IMG/VR virus record: IMGVR_UViG_3300028176_000004
Span: 411-64,410 of that record
Strand: one strand, 5' to 3'
Length of the DNA stretch: 64,000 nucleotides
From: a virus
Taxonomy: Duplodnaviria > Caudoviricetes
The translations under genes and the position numbers were made by a program. A model generated the notes under the pieces. That model had not been told where the DNA came from, made no database searches, and was given only the letters and a program-made list of their open reading frames with translations. Shown here in pieces: positions 18,505 through 29,639 of this stretch; the first letter of the stretch is position 1, and every line of letters starts with the position of its first letter.

Positions 18505-18650
18505 CTAACCTTTCAAAATCGTTTTAATATTCAAATTTACTTAACTACTGAATATGATTATAATCTTTTAAGCTTATAAGTCAACGTCTTTTTTCAAGAT
18601 TTTTATGATTTTTTCTAAAATCCACGTTTTTACATCCGGCCTGTGGGAAA
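18505..18650 (-). promoter_or_regulatory. Repeated sigma70-type promoter cassette (copy 1)
   Basis: Minus strand TTGACT-16 bp-TATAAT, upstream AAAACGTGGATTT box, SD GAAAGGTTAG; 145/146 identical to 56898-57043 in inverted orientation. Confidence 0.85.
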
Positions 18651-18655
18651 ATATT

Positions 18656-19270
18656 TTACACCTTTTTAAAATAATAGGTATAAATATCATTTCTGCCAAA
18701 CAACCGGCTTTCCGAATCGTCCAACATTTGTATTTCATACCCTAACGAATAAAACCAGTTTATTAATCCGGTCTGGGTGAAATAATAGATGTGTTCCCCT
18801 GGTTTGTAATGGCGTGAATCTTTCACAGTATATTTGTTATGGAAAATTGGAATGGAAACGAATATATGCTTGGGGGAATGATGGTCTTGAATAAATTCTT
18901 TTGGGTCGTCTAAATGCTCCAAACTGTCCCAAAAAGTTAGCACATCATATCGGACATTATGTTTTTCTAACATCCCGCACTTTTTCAACCATTCCAACGC
19001 CACTGGATTGACATCCGCTCCATCTACGTTTATTTTGTGTTTTAAACACTCACGAATGAAATGGCCGGAACCAATCCCCACATCCAATACAGGTAAATGT
19101 ATTTCAGACAAATTCCTAAGTAACAAGTTTACACGGTAAGATGTTATGGATTGTCCGATGGGTGTATTTTCATACTGTAAATACGTATCTAAATACTTTT
19201 TATCATATGAAATTCTTTCTTCCTCACCACATCGTAAAACACCCACGCCATTATGCCACTTCATTTCCAT
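18656..19270 (-). CDS. Class I SAM-dependent methyltransferase (Methyltransf_23-like)
   Basis: VLDVGIGSGHF, GADVNP, YDVLTFWDSLEHLDDP. Confidence 0.85.
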   Translation of the reverse strand: MEMKWHNGVGVLRCGEEERISYDKKYLDTYLQYENTPIGQSITSYRVNLLLRNLSEIHLPVLDVGIGSGHFIRECLKHKINVDGADVNPVALEWLKKCGMLEKHNVRYDVLTFWDSLEHLDDPKEFIQDHHSPKHIFVSIPIFHNKYTVKDSRHYKPGEHIYYFTQTGLINWFYSLGYEIQMLDDSESRLFGRNDIYTYYFKKV

Positions 19271-20144
19271 AGATTATGCCCTTCAAACTTTCAATTAGTA
19301 TATCTTCATTAATAGTTTTATCACACGCATGATTTTTATTTTTACACATACAATATTTATCCGGTAGAATATGTATGGGACTGCCTGCCCCTGGTGCGTG
19401 TATAAAATCTGAATGATTAAATCCACCCATGCCGCCGTGAATAATTATTGCCGGAATCTTCCAAGCCATTGAAAAGGGTGCCGCCCATCCAACGCCGCTA
19501 ATTAGTATTTTGCTGGAAAGAACTGTTTGAATTATCTCATCAATACTCATTTCACCTCTTTCAATATACTTACTCGCATCCATCGGTCGGAACTCCTGAT
19601 ATTTTTCGTTCACGTCATCCACATCCGCCAACACCCACGTTTCAATACCTATTTCCTCAAGATAATCAATAACCAGTTGAATATACTTCTGTCGAGCACT
19701 TCGGGCCGGAACGCTCCATTCAGTTCGAATGGTAGATGGTCGAATGATAGCAATATTTTGTTTTTGTACTTCGGGCATTCTTAAATCTAAATGATAATCA
19801 GAATGCTCCACGTTGATTGATTTACATAATCCTTGGTAATAGGGCATGTTCAAATTGCGATATGTTGAATATGATAATTGTGTAATATGCCGGTGAATTT
19901 TATCCGGTAGATTAAAAAATAAATCATCATATTTCTTCATATTTTTACATTGAGTTCTTAAATTATGGTGGGGTGGTCGGATGGGAAAAATATTATCTGA
20001 AAATTTAGAGTATTTCCACAATTGGGGCCACGATGTTGGAATGTATACGTTGGCGGAATATTTTTGAACCAATAACTCCACCGCTCCAATTTCATATATA
20101 GTATCACCCAATCCATTCATTGCTTGTTGTATATGTATATTCAT
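19251..20144 (-). CDS. GT-B glycosyltransferase, GT9 (heptosyltransferase)-like
   Basis: NGLGDTI N-terminal motif, SIDEIIQTVLSSKILIS...IPAIIIHGG and a Cys-rich C-terminus. Confidence 0.75.
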   Translation of the reverse strand: MNIHIQQAMNGLGDTIYEIGAVELLVQKYSANVYIPTSWPQLWKYSKFSDNIFPIRPPHHNLRTQCKNMKKYDDLFFNLPDKIHRHITQLSYSTYRNLNMPYYQGLCKSINVEHSDYHLDLRMPEVQKQNIAIIRPSTIRTEWSVPARSARQKYIQLVIDYLEEIGIETWVLADVDDVNEKYQEFRPMDASKYIERGEMSIDEIIQTVLSSKILISGVGWAAPFSMAWKIPAIIIHGGMGGFNHSDFIHAPGAGSPIHILPDKYCMCKNKNHACDKTINEDILIESLKGIIYGNEVA

Positions 20145-20146
20145 GA

Positions 20147-23100
20147 TTATTTAGCCACATTTTTACTTTGCTCTATCATAATATTCACGTTACTTTTCAC
20201 ATTATGCGTTACAGAAGTTCCATAATTATAACTACTCATTGTATAACGTATGAAAATAGTCCTGGTAGATGTATTCAGAAAATCAAATGAACCCCAAACT
20301 GCCGCACCAGCAGATACAGCCGTAAATGTAAAGGAATCTAACACTGTAGAACCGGTCATTATTTTTACAACCAACGTTCCCAATCCGCCGCCTGGAGAAT
20401 ATGCCACCCCACCTTGAATTCTTTGTCCTGCAATAATTGAATAACCAACTTCATTCTTATCAACACTTGATGTACTGGTGGTTCCTATATTTTCAAATCC
20501 ATTAGTTCCTGCAGGGTCATTTCGCAGGGCCATAGCAGGGCCGGTAAGATAAACAGGGGCAACAATACCCGCCAAAGTATCACTATCTATGGTGGTGGCC
20601 TGCAGATACCCAGCCACAATACGATCGGCTGTAATTCCTACTGTGGCCCCACTAACCCCAATTATATCAAACCAATCTGTACCCCCATTTATAGTGGCTT
20701 GAATACCACTGGTTGATATTTTTAGTTTCTTGTCGCCATCCAAAGTCAAAATTAATTCACCGGATGTTACGGTGCCCAAGTTGGCTTGTATGGCGGACAA
20801 CGTGGCTACACTCAACCGGTCGGCTGTAATGGTGGATGCTTGGATAATACCGCCGTGAATTATCTTTTGCGCTTCGGCTGGATATGCTACGCCGGTATCA
20901 TTAAAAGCCATCAACCACTTACCGGTTCCTATCACATCACCCAATGTATCCGTATCACGCATCACACCTGTATACGCTGTATCCCAATAAATGTATTTTT
21001 TATTTGAAGAACCCGCTGTGATAGTATATTCCGTTCCGGCATAAAGTAACTTAATATCACCCACCCCATCATCACTTTCCCACTTCACATATCCGGCTGA
21101 AGGTGAGTTATCCGTCCACTTGAAATTACGTGTGAATGGCACATTCAACGCCGTGTCACCCAACCCATTAAATAATTGAATTGGGAATCTGTTCTGAATA
21201 TCTTCCAAGGTCGGCTGATTGCCTAAATTCGTATCACTGTAGGATGGCGTTTTACTTGAACTGAAAACTGTGGGTGAATTAACGTCCTCACCATCATAAA
21301 TCTCATCGCTATAATTTACAGCTGTAATGGTGGCTATTTGTTCGGATGAACGGCTGATGGAAAGAACTCTATACAACTTTTGAATCGCCGTGGGAATCCC
21401 GAACACATATAAATCCTCAGTAGTGGGAACCGTCTCAAAAGCCACCGTCACATAAATCTTTCGGCTAAAATAAATCTTCCCATCACCAGTAGCATCCGGC
21501 AACGTTTCATTGAATGTTATCTCAGTTGTACCACCAGTATCATACACAGCATCCGCCACCGTATAATCACCATCATTACCTGTACTACCAATTATTGTAA
21601 CTATGGTGCCTTTTGGATAATCGCTCACCACATCACCGTTTACCGTAATTCCAATGGGTGCTGCGGTTGCTATGACTGTATACGTAGTTGTAACAGTTTT
21701 ACTTAATAGTTCATCGGTACTCAATCTCAATTGTAATGAATATTCAGTTCCTTCCACTCGTTCTAAATTTTTATCCACCACAATATAATCGCTTCCAGCA
21801 GAAACAACCCGCCCACCGTCATTCCACTCAGGAATATCATGCTGAACTATAATCACATCACCCAAACAACACGCTATGGCGTCAATGGATGCTTGAAATT
21901 CAATCATCGTATATTCTTGAAGATTTTTGGACAAACGCCTCATTCCCAATCGCCACGCTTCGCTTTCCTTGGTAACGCCAAACAATTCCAGAATAACTTT
22001 ATTTTGAGGATTGTTAATATTATCATCAAACACCGTCAATGTGGTTCTGTCGAAGTCTTGACTTTCATCCAAGTAATGGATTTCAATTTCGCTTGCTCTA
22101 TCAATAAACGGTAAGAATGATTGCTTGAAAGAACTTTTCAAGATATTGCCCATATTGAATAATTGTACGGGTGAGGATGGTTTATCAATAGCTAATGAAA
22201 TTTTAGTACCCTGTAAAATCGGAACGCATCCCGCAATACCGCACAACCGCAACGCAGCATCCCACACGGATGTTTCCTCACTAAATCCGCCGTTGAACGT
22301 CATTCTCTTTTCAGTTCCACCGTCTCCATCCGGCACGCTATCATCACACCATTCCGCCAATTCAATAAATTTATCCAAGTCTAATCTCTCAGGGTCAACG
22401 CCGCTGTACGATACTACAGTATATGGATTTCCTGTACTTCCATCACCAATTATAACGGGCTGTGTGAATATATCCCACAGAACCCACGCAGGATTGTTAT
22501 TATACTCCAACGTCCATACCGTTCCATTACTTACCGCTATAATTGCCCCTAACTGGGTTGCCGCAACGTTTAGCGAACCTGATATCTGGTCGGTTGCCAA
22601 TGCTTTTATTCCTACCAGCGATAAAAATGGATATTGGAATCCATCACTGATAATCTCTCTGACGGTGTAGAATCGTACTGAATCCCCATACCGGCTGGAA
22701 CTCTTCTCAGCTGTTAATTTAGTAACCCTGATATCATACTTCACACCATTCAATATTTCAATCGGCCCTGAACCGCCTGTGTATGCGGTATTGGTGTCAA
22801 AAGTTTTACGTAAAATTGATGTGCTGTCGTTGGATATGGTGTCGTTGACTAATGTAACCCAACCACCCAAATTGGTTCCTGAAATTTCAATTTTAATCTG
22901 AACTGAATTACTACCAATTGAACCGTCATCCTTAGCGTAAAACAAACCCCTATCAAATACCAACTCAATTTCCAATCCATCAAAATCATTATCCGGTGCG
23001 GTATACGTTCGGGGTGTTCCATAGATGACTTTTAAGTTGGGTTGATATTGAGCCTTCACCACCATAAAAAATGAAATTGAATCTTGCGTATCCAATCCCA

Positions 23101-23821
23101 AAGCTTCTTCAATTTCCACATCTTCGAAGTTCGTGTGAATCTGGTCGTTAATCCAAACTTGCTTCACACCACTCACTTCCTCAATACCTACCACAGGCCC
23201 TTCACCCAACGCAATTAAAGCATATAGAATCTGACTGACTTCATCGTCTTTCATTTCTGTGTAAGTAGAAATAATATTCCCATTCAACTTATTCTTACCA
23301 TAATACTTAGGTATCACTTCACCTTGCTTTTGAACTGTGTTGGGTTGCCATGAATAAATCTGAGGAACTGAACTGCCGCTGTCTGAGAGTTCTGGTTGGG
23401 GAACCAGTGAGCTGATTAACAATCCACCGCCCACAACCAAGCCAATCATTAGCATATTGTACCCCAATCCGGTCGTTACCCCGCCCGTTAGCATACCCGC
23501 TAAATATGGTGCGCCCCACATAGTGAACGCAATCATTGCTATCGCACCCCACATACCCTTATTATCATTACCGCCGCCTTCAATAACCGGAATTATTGCC
23601 AGTTGGTCTTGAGGTTTCAAAAACGTAACACCCCAAAACGCTTCTTCAATAATCTGCCCGTTGATACTCATTTTGACGGACACGTCTGCCGGAATTAATT
23701 TTTTATGTATTTCTAAAAGATTGCTGACTTCCATCGGCACCAGTTCAGTTCGTCTCTGTGAACGGTCGAATGGACTTTCAACAACTATAATCTCATGACC
23801 TGTATTTCCAGTAGCCATCAA
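20147..23821 (-). CDS. Tail tip/host-specificity protein (lambda gpI+gpJ-like)
   Basis: N-terminal ubiquitin-like segment ending PVIEGG, VIPKYYGK, YPFLSLVGIKA, NNPAWVLWD, IACCLGDVI; follows the L/K-like genes. Confidence 0.85.
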   Translation of the reverse strand: MMATGNTGHEIIVVESPFDRSQRRTELVPMEVSNLLEIHKKLIPADVSVKMSINGQIIEEAFWGVTFLKPQDQLAIIPVIEGGGNDNKGMWGAIAMIAFTMWGAPYLAGMLTGGVTTGLGYNMLMIGLVVGGGLLISSLVPQPELSDSGSSVPQIYSWQPNTVQKQGEVIPKYYGKNKLNGNIISTYTEMKDDEVSQILYALIALGEGPVVGIEEVSGVKQVWINDQIHTNFEDVEIEEALGLDTQDSISFFMVVKAQYQPNLKVIYGTPRTYTAPDNDFDGLEIELVFDRGLFYAKDDGSIGSNSVQIKIEISGTNLGGWVTLVNDTISNDSTSILRKTFDTNTAYTGGSGPIEILNGVKYDIRVTKLTAEKSSSRYGDSVRFYTVREIISDGFQYPFLSLVGIKALATDQISGSLNVAATQLGAIIAVSNGTVWTLEYNNNPAWVLWDIFTQPVIIGDGSTGNPYTVVSYSGVDPERLDLDKFIELAEWCDDSVPDGDGGTEKRMTFNGGFSEETSVWDAALRLCGIAGCVPILQGTKISLAIDKPSSPVQLFNMGNILKSSFKQSFLPFIDRASEIEIHYLDESQDFDRTTLTVFDDNINNPQNKVILELFGVTKESEAWRLGMRRLSKNLQEYTMIEFQASIDAIACCLGDVIIVQHDIPEWNDGGRVVSAGSDYIVVDKNLERVEGTEYSLQLRLSTDELLSKTVTTTYTVIATAAPIGITVNGDVVSDYPKGTIVTIIGSTGNDGDYTVADAVYDTGGTTEITFNETLPDATGDGKIYFSRKIYVTVAFETVPTTEDLYVFGIPTAIQKLYRVLSISRSSEQIATITAVNYSDEIYDGEDVNSPTVFSSSKTPSYSDTNLGNQPTLEDIQNRFPIQLFNGLGDTALNVPFTRNFKWTDNSPSAGYVKWESDDGVGDIKLLYAGTEYTITAGSSNKKYIYWDTAYTGVMRDTDTLGDVIGTGKWLMAFNDTGVAYPAEAQKIIHGGIIQASTITADRLSVATLSAIQANLGTVTSGELILTLDGDKKLKISTSGIQATINGGTDWFDIIGVSGATVGITADRIVAGYLQATTIDSDTLAGIVAPVYLTGPAMALRNDPAGTNGFENIGTTSTSSVDKNEVGYSIIAGQRIQGGVAYSPGGGLGTLVVKIMTGSTVLDSFTFTAVSAGAAVWGSFDFLNTSTRTIFIRYTMSSYNYGTSVTHNVKSNVNIMIEQSKNVAK

Positions 23822-24188
23822 TTTTATCTCTCCATTGAAGTGAATTCAAGTTTTCAACACAAACGTGCTTGCGAGGAACTATGTGAATAAATCGTCTTTC
23901 ATCCAGTAACATCCCCATATGCGTTACATACTTTGGATGTATTCTAAAAGTAACCACCAACCCACCACCAGGCTCATCGATACGCACAAAATCTTCTTTA
24001 ATTTGGGATATAACACCATCACGTTCTTTCAGGTCTATAACTGGCTGTTCTGGTGGTAAAAATAACCCATTAGCCTTGGACAACGCCACGCAGAAGTTCC
24101 AACAGTTGTATTCATCCGGCCCGTTACCCTTGATTTGGAATTTCTTATCCATGAATTTAATATACTCAAACAAGTCGCACCCCACCAT
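23793..24188 (-). CDS. NlpC/P60 tail assembly protein (gpK-like)
   Basis: GPDEYNCWNF (catalytic Cys) and THMGM (His). Confidence 0.85.
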   Translation of the reverse strand: MVGCDLFEYIKFMDKKFQIKGNGPDEYNCWNFCVALSKANGLFLPPEQPVIDLKERDGVISQIKEDFVRIDEPGGGLVVTFRIHPKYVTHMGMLLDERRFIHIVPRKHVCVENLNSLQWRDKIDGYWKYRS

Positions 24189-25665
24189 TTCTCAACCCTG
24201 GGAATCCGCCGAACCTGGGTGAATTATTTCGCTCACGACAATCCGTCAAAATTCTTTTACAAAACGAATACCCCACGACACCACCGCCCGTGTAAGCTGT
24301 AAAGTTAGAACTATCAGTGGCGTTCAAATAGAATGAATAATCATCGATTAATTCAATAATATATTCCTGACCGTTCAACTCCACCGTTCCTTCCACGCTA
24401 TCAATTCGAATGCTTGTGGCTTCAATTAAATCGTGCGGCGTGCTACCGGTCGAAATTACAACCCTATCAGTGCCCGTCAATGTAATATCGTCAATCGTTG
24501 TACCTGCATACCCGCATCCCACACTCTTAAACTTCCACCGGCAATGTAATGAAATATATCGCTCTAATGGATAACGTTGATTGAGTAAGTTGGGTGAACC
24601 TAAAGTGAAACTCACCCATCTTTCATCTGAGCTACAACTCACCACATCAAAACTCATATCCAGTTCCGTATAATTTTCACTCAGCAAATTGGAATTCACT
24701 ATCATCAACCGAACCACCGAACCAATCGCACCTTTTAGTTCCTGAAGTTTGGGTTGGAGGAACCTGGATATATTACTAACCTTCACCACCAGTGAACTCA
24801 CTTCACCTTTATCGTTTTGTTGATATGGTTCAATTTCAAAGGGGAACGCTGTATATGTTGCGTCATACATTCCCAATTCAACATTATAGATAACACCAAC
24901 CTCTTCAGAAGATAATACACTGGAGTATATTCTGACCTCATCTATTTTACCACTGAATGAATTATATGTAACAGGCCCTGTCTTACCAAAACGCATATTA
25001 GTAGCTGCTTGAGAAACAACAGTGCCCGATGGAATGGTTGAGGGCTCAAAAGCCACCACACTCCCATTAACGTATAAAATGGGAACATTAGCATCACTTG
25101 ACGAATCATATGTGATGGCTATATGAGTCCAGGCTGCTGTACTGAGCGGTGCAACCCATAACCCTGATGTGGCGGTGAATGGTGCGTAGAATAGAATAGC
25201 AGTTCCACTGGCACTAAGAACAATCTTGAAGTCGCCTTTAGACCAAATAACTTTATTTGAATTGACCCCTGCCCATAACCAAAAACTAATGGTTCCCATA
25301 CTTTCAAATATGGACTGTAGTGATATGTCATTTCCACAATCTATTTGAGATGCGGTAGAGAAAACAGCACAATTATTCTTAAATCCACTCACAAATGTTA
25401 ATGAATTCACCCCCACGCTATCATTAAAATTAGCAGAAGAATCATGCACAATACCATCAGCGGTGCTCTCATCCATTTTCCAATTCGCTTCTAAAGTGGC
25501 CGTGGGAATATTCACTTTGTCCTCACCGTATACCACATCACTCGTATTCTTAACCAAACGGAATATGGTGTTGTCTGTGAGTGTTATTTTAGCTAACACT
25601 AACCAAGCACCGGTGGATGATAATTTATTTTTTTCAAGAATGATTGCTGGATTTAAGTTTTTCAA
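24166..25665 (-). CDS. Minor tail protein L-like with an inserted LamG domain
   Basis: gpL-like ends (AFPFEIE...LVVKVSNI; CRWKFKSVGCGY...CKRILTDC Fe-S cysteines) around a LamG segment (ANWKMDE...WTHIAITYD...GKIDEVRIY). Confidence 0.8.
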   Translation of the reverse strand: MKNLNPAIILEKNKLSSTGAWLVLAKITLTDNTIFRLVKNTSDVVYGEDKVNIPTATLEANWKMDESTADGIVHDSSANFNDSVGVNSLTFVSGFKNNCAVFSTASQIDCGNDISLQSIFESMGTISFWLWAGVNSNKVIWSKGDFKIVLSASGTAILFYAPFTATSGLWVAPLSTAAWTHIAITYDSSSDANVPILYVNGSVVAFEPSTIPSGTVVSQAATNMRFGKTGPVTYNSFSGKIDEVRIYSSVLSSEEVGVIYNVELGMYDATYTAFPFEIEPYQQNDKGEVSSLVVKVSNISRFLQPKLQELKGAIGSVVRLMIVNSNLLSENYTELDMSFDVVSCSSDERWVSFTLGSPNLLNQRYPLERYISLHCRWKFKSVGCGYAGTTIDDITLTGTDRVVISTGSTPHDLIEATSIRIDSVEGTVELNGQEYIIELIDDYSFYLNATDSSNFTAYTGGGVVGYSFCKRILTDCRERNNSPRFGGFPGLRNGGVRLV

Positions 25666-25668
25666 TTT

Positions 25669-26016
25669 TTATGCCTCAATTAAAGAAAAAGTAGCAGACC
25701 AATCACGAAATTCAGAACTATCCAAATTAAATTGAATTGGTGCCTCGAATCGTACATTATGTGTTTGGGCGTCCTTCGGATTAACCCATTGAAATATTTC
25801 ACTTCCTATCATTACGGATTGCTGAAAATTCTTCAATGCTAAATAGTCGACATCACTCAAACCCTTATAGAACAACTCCCATTTATTTTTAATATTGGTG
25901 TGTCGTGCTCGTGTTTCTAATTTTCCATTTTCAAATTCGCTTTTGATAGTTGGGTCGTTGGCTATCATTTCGGAATAACCACTCACCTCTTCAATTAATG
26001 TTGGATATGTTTTCAT
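25669..26016 (-). CDS. Distal tail protein (gpM-like)
   Basis: SEFENGKLETRARHT...IFQWVNP; directly after the tape measure gene. Confidence 0.7.
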   Translation of the reverse strand: MKTYPTLIEEVSGYSEMIANDPTIKSEFENGKLETRARHTNIKNKWELFYKGLSDVDYLALKNFQQSVMIGSEIFQWVNPKDAQTHNVRFEAPIQFNLDSSEFRDWSATFSLIEA

Positions 26017-26018
26017 AA

Positions 26019-28874
26019 TTAACTTTTCATCATTCTACGTAAAACGCCATTGCTATTTATGTTTTCAACAACCACGTCAACAACAAACTTCCGTCCATCA
26101 AATTTAACACCACTGGAATCGGCCTTGATTTGACTGTTGCTGTTGTTGCTAATATTAATCTGAACTGAGGGTGCAATGGAACCTGCTCTGCCACCCTTCG
26201 GTATCACACTTTCACCTTTTTGAAGTATGGCTGGAAATTCATCACCTGCCAAACCATTATGAAGTCTGGGAGCACCAACAAACGCCGCCGCTGATACGCT
26301 TCGGGTGGAACCGGAACCCACCATGCCGCCGCTGTGTTTAACTTCAGCACTCACCTTAGAACCATCCATACCAAATCCGAATATTGCCAGAGTGCTTTTA
26401 ACTAAAGTGGCCCGAATCATAATGGTGGTAATATCGGCCAAAATGGATTTTGCCATATCTTTCCATTCCGCCTTACCTTCCATAATCATCTGCGTCAGGC
26501 CTGCGCTTATGTTATCTATTGCGCCCGTGGCCACTGACGCTAAATTACCCCATATGTCTAAAGACTGTGCGGAATACTCAGCGAACCTGGCCTGGAAAGA
26601 ACCTAACTTTTTCAAGCTCTCTTCATACTTCTCCAACATCGATTGCTGTTTAGCTAAATCACCAATATAATCTTTTTGAAGTTGGGCTTTGAACGCTTCT
26701 TTTTGAACCGCTCTTTCCCTTACGTCATTAATAGTTCCCAGCATACGATACTCTTCATTCAACGCATCAATCATTCGCTGACTATCTGTTGCCATCACCT
26801 TCAAATCATTTTTACTTTGCTCAAATACGGATTTTTCAGTCTTTTCAGAATTTTGAATCATCGGAGATAACGCATCCACGCCTTTTCCTTCACCACCACC
26901 ATTCAACAAACCCTTAAATTTATCTTCAATCCAACCAAAGTCCGAATCCATTTGAGTCTTGGTAGAATCCATCAACGTCATAAAACTTTCGGCTGTTGCT
27001 AATCCGAATGCCTGAAGGTAGACAGCCCCAAGTTCCAATCCACCTTTAACATCTTGCCCAAATTCTTGAATCTCTAATTTTGCGGTTTGGAAAGTTTGTG
27101 TTATGCCGTCCGTGAACGCATTTAATTTTGCCATAGTGGCTTGAAATGTTTGGGTGTAGCTCGTGTCAGCATCAAACATAGACGTTTTCAACCCATGACC
27201 TTTTACTATACCCGCCATTAATTCACCAGCAAACGCCGCATTTCCGGCAATTTCGGCCACTATCTTCTTCCAATTCTGCGTTATTATCTTGAACCCTTGG
27301 GTAAATGCTTTGATTAGTTTACCTATGAAGCTGTTTGCCACGGTATCATATATCCATAAAAACGTATCACGAAAAAGATTAGCAATCCCTTTCAACGTTA
27401 CTATCACCGCATCATAAATACTCGTAAAGATAACTTTGAAAAAATTATACGTAGCATTCAACGCCTCTCGCACACCGTTGGTGCCTTGTATTGCCGCCGC
27501 TCGTAGTACATAAAAAGAACCTACAAGCAAAGCTATTGAACCCACCACGGCAAGCGCACCAGCCGTAATGCCACCCATAAAACCAACCATAGCAACATAT
27601 GCCCCCACGATAAGACTTTTGAGAGGCACGAAGATGATTATCATCTTACCCAAACCCCAAATCACCGGCCCCGCTGCGGCTGCTACAACGCCCAATTTAA
27701 CAATCCACTCCTGCGTACTGGAATTCAATCCACCCCAATACTCAGTAGACTTAATAACATATTGATTTAATTTTAACATACTGGGTGCTAAAATCGCCCC
27801 AATACCAATCGCAGCATTCACCACATTATTCCACATTATCTTCATTTGAGATGAAAACGATTTCAATTGCTTCTCAGCCACGTCTTGTGTGGTGCCACCA
27901 GCTTTGCGTAATTCTTTTTCATAGAATCGAATTTTATCACTCAGCCCTAATAACTGTTGAACCGCTATCACGGAACGGTCTTGGAACCCTAACATTTCAA
28001 ACGTCATTTTTTTCTGCTGGTCGGACATCGTCATCATACGAGTTTCCAACTGTTCGATAACATCCGCATAATTTAGCATCTTGCCCGTATTATCATACAC
28101 AGCAATCCCCATATTTTTCCAAGCCGCAGCCTGATTAATTGAAGCTGTTTGAAGGTCTCTGGAAAAGATGTTAAACTTTTCACCTGCTTCCATTCCCTTC
28201 ACACCCTGGTCGGCATACGCCGCCAATACCGCCACGCCTTCTTCCATATCTTTATTTAAAATTTTTAATGCCGAACCTACCTTATTAGTCAGGGACTCAC
28301 TGAACTGTACCGTGGACGCATTCGCCAGGGTGTTGGCTTTGATAAGAACGTCTGTGACTTTTACTAAATTCTGAGTATTTTCCGTAGCATCTTTCACCGT
28401 CAAACCTAAAGCACTCTGTGCATCTGTCGCCAAATCTGTCGCCAACGCCATATCAAACGCACCCGCCGCCGCAAATTTTTCCATAGCAGGTAGTGCTGCC
28501 ATTGACTGCGCCGCATCCATACCCGCTGAGGCCAGGTAGAAGTATGCTTTGGCAAGGTCGTTAGATGATGTGATGTTCTTGGAAGAAATAGCCATGGCCG
28601 TTCTTTCCATTTCTTTTCGAATCTTGGGCGTGATACCGGACATGATGGCTAAAGATTTTGTCATGGAATCATCGAAATTAGAAAATGCCTTGGTTGACAA
28701 AGCTTGTACCGCCGCTAATGGTGCTGTAATGTACTTTGTCATTGAACGGCCCGTAGTTTCCAACTTCTTACCAAACCTCAACAATTTAGCATCCGCCGCA
28801 TTTAACAGCTTATCATATTGGCTGGTATCCGCTCCCAGTTTTACTACTAACGAACCCAAATCATAATTTTCCAT
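26019..28874 (-). CDS. Tape measure protein (TP901-type core)
   Basis: 951 aa, DLGSLVVKLGAD N-terminus, GVKGMEAGE, hydrophobic central segment. Confidence 0.92.
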   Translation of the reverse strand: MENYDLGSLVVKLGADTSQYDKLLNAADAKLLRFGKKLETTGRSMTKYITAPLAAVQALSTKAFSNFDDSMTKSLAIMSGITPKIRKEMERTAMAISSKNITSSNDLAKAYFYLASAGMDAAQSMAALPAMEKFAAAGAFDMALATDLATDAQSALGLTVKDATENTQNLVKVTDVLIKANTLANASTVQFSESLTNKVGSALKILNKDMEEGVAVLAAYADQGVKGMEAGEKFNIFSRDLQTASINQAAAWKNMGIAVYDNTGKMLNYADVIEQLETRMMTMSDQQKKMTFEMLGFQDRSVIAVQQLLGLSDKIRFYEKELRKAGGTTQDVAEKQLKSFSSQMKIMWNNVVNAAIGIGAILAPSMLKLNQYVIKSTEYWGGLNSSTQEWIVKLGVVAAAAGPVIWGLGKMIIIFVPLKSLIVGAYVAMVGFMGGITAGALAVVGSIALLVGSFYVLRAAAIQGTNGVREALNATYNFFKVIFTSIYDAVIVTLKGIANLFRDTFLWIYDTVANSFIGKLIKAFTQGFKIITQNWKKIVAEIAGNAAFAGELMAGIVKGHGLKTSMFDADTSYTQTFQATMAKLNAFTDGITQTFQTAKLEIQEFGQDVKGGLELGAVYLQAFGLATAESFMTLMDSTKTQMDSDFGWIEDKFKGLLNGGGEGKGVDALSPMIQNSEKTEKSVFEQSKNDLKVMATDSQRMIDALNEEYRMLGTINDVRERAVQKEAFKAQLQKDYIGDLAKQQSMLEKYEESLKKLGSFQARFAEYSAQSLDIWGNLASVATGAIDNISAGLTQMIMEGKAEWKDMAKSILADITTIMIRATLVKSTLAIFGFGMDGSKVSAEVKHSGGMVGSGSTRSVSAAAFVGAPRLHNGLAGDEFPAILQKGESVIPKGGRAGSIAPSVQINISNNSNSQIKADSSGVKFDGRKFVVDVVVENINSNGVLRRMMKS

Positions 28875-28884
28875 TACAACTCCA

Positions 28885-29259
28885 TTATTTCGGTTTCTTG
28901 GTTGCTAAAAATCTACGCCAAAACGGTTTTGTACTTGATATGGTTTTTTCTGGTTTTTCTTCGGCTGTCTTTTTATCTTCAAACTTCAGTAAAAACGTTT
29001 CAAGTTTACCTACACGCCCAGGCTTGTCTACCCATGACCGCCGCATTTCAGCAATCATAGCAGCAAAATAAAAATGGTCGTATGAGTTCTTGCGTTTTTC
29101 TTTATCAAGTTCATTCTTCCATTCCGCATCCAGTCGTATATACTCCATCCATTGAACGAATTCTGTTGATGTAGTTTTCTGTTGTACTTCTTGAACCGGT
29201 AAATGAAGGTGAGACGCCAGCCGATACCAACCAAACGTCTCACCTTCTTTTAGTTTTTT
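28885..29259 (-). CDS. Tail assembly chaperone gpT-like extension reached by -1 frameshift
   Basis: The -1 frame from the slippery site reads KLKEGETFGWYRLASHLHLPVQEVQQKTTSTEFVQWMEY... in frame with ORF 28885-29148. Confidence 0.8.
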   Translation of the reverse strand, partial: KKLKEGETFGWYRLASHLHLPVQEVQQKTTSTEFVQWMEYIRLDAEWKNELDKEKRKNSYDHFYFAAMIAEMRRSWVDKPGRVGKLETFLLKFEDKKTAEEKPEKTISSTKPFWRRFLATKKPK

Positions 29260-29588
29260 ACCGTCTCAGCTTCAGCCTTTTCACCGATGCCGTTGACTTC
29301 CTGACAGATTTCAAAAAGACCTGTTATCAATTTTGAAGGCCATTCCTGAATCGTCTCTTTAATCACGGCCACGCCGTTGGTGTCCTGAAGACAAGTGGCT
29401 ATCAGTTGAACTTGAACGCCACCAGTGGATGATACTTCAATTTTATCGGTATTATCCTTGACGTTCAATTTGGCTCTGATGGTTTTGAGAAACGCATCAC
29501 GCTGTGTTCCGCTCATTTCCATCACAGTATATACTTGCCCGTCAATCTCAACTTCCACTTGGTCTTTTACGGTCGTAAACTTTTTCAT
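29250..29588 (-). CDS. Tail assembly chaperone gpG-like
   Basis: Between the major tail and tape measure genes; ends GTA AAA AAC TAA (A AAA AAC slippery heptamer). Confidence 0.8.
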   Translation of the reverse strand: MKKFTTVKDQVEVEIDGQVYTVMEMSGTQRDAFLKTIRAKLNVKDNTDKIEVSSTGGVQVQLIATCLQDTNGVAVIKETIQEWPSKLITGLFEICQEVNGIGEKAEAETVKN

Positions 29589-29639
29589 AAATTGTCCCCT
29601 GTTATAAAAATAATAAAGTTACATACTTTTCAATACACA

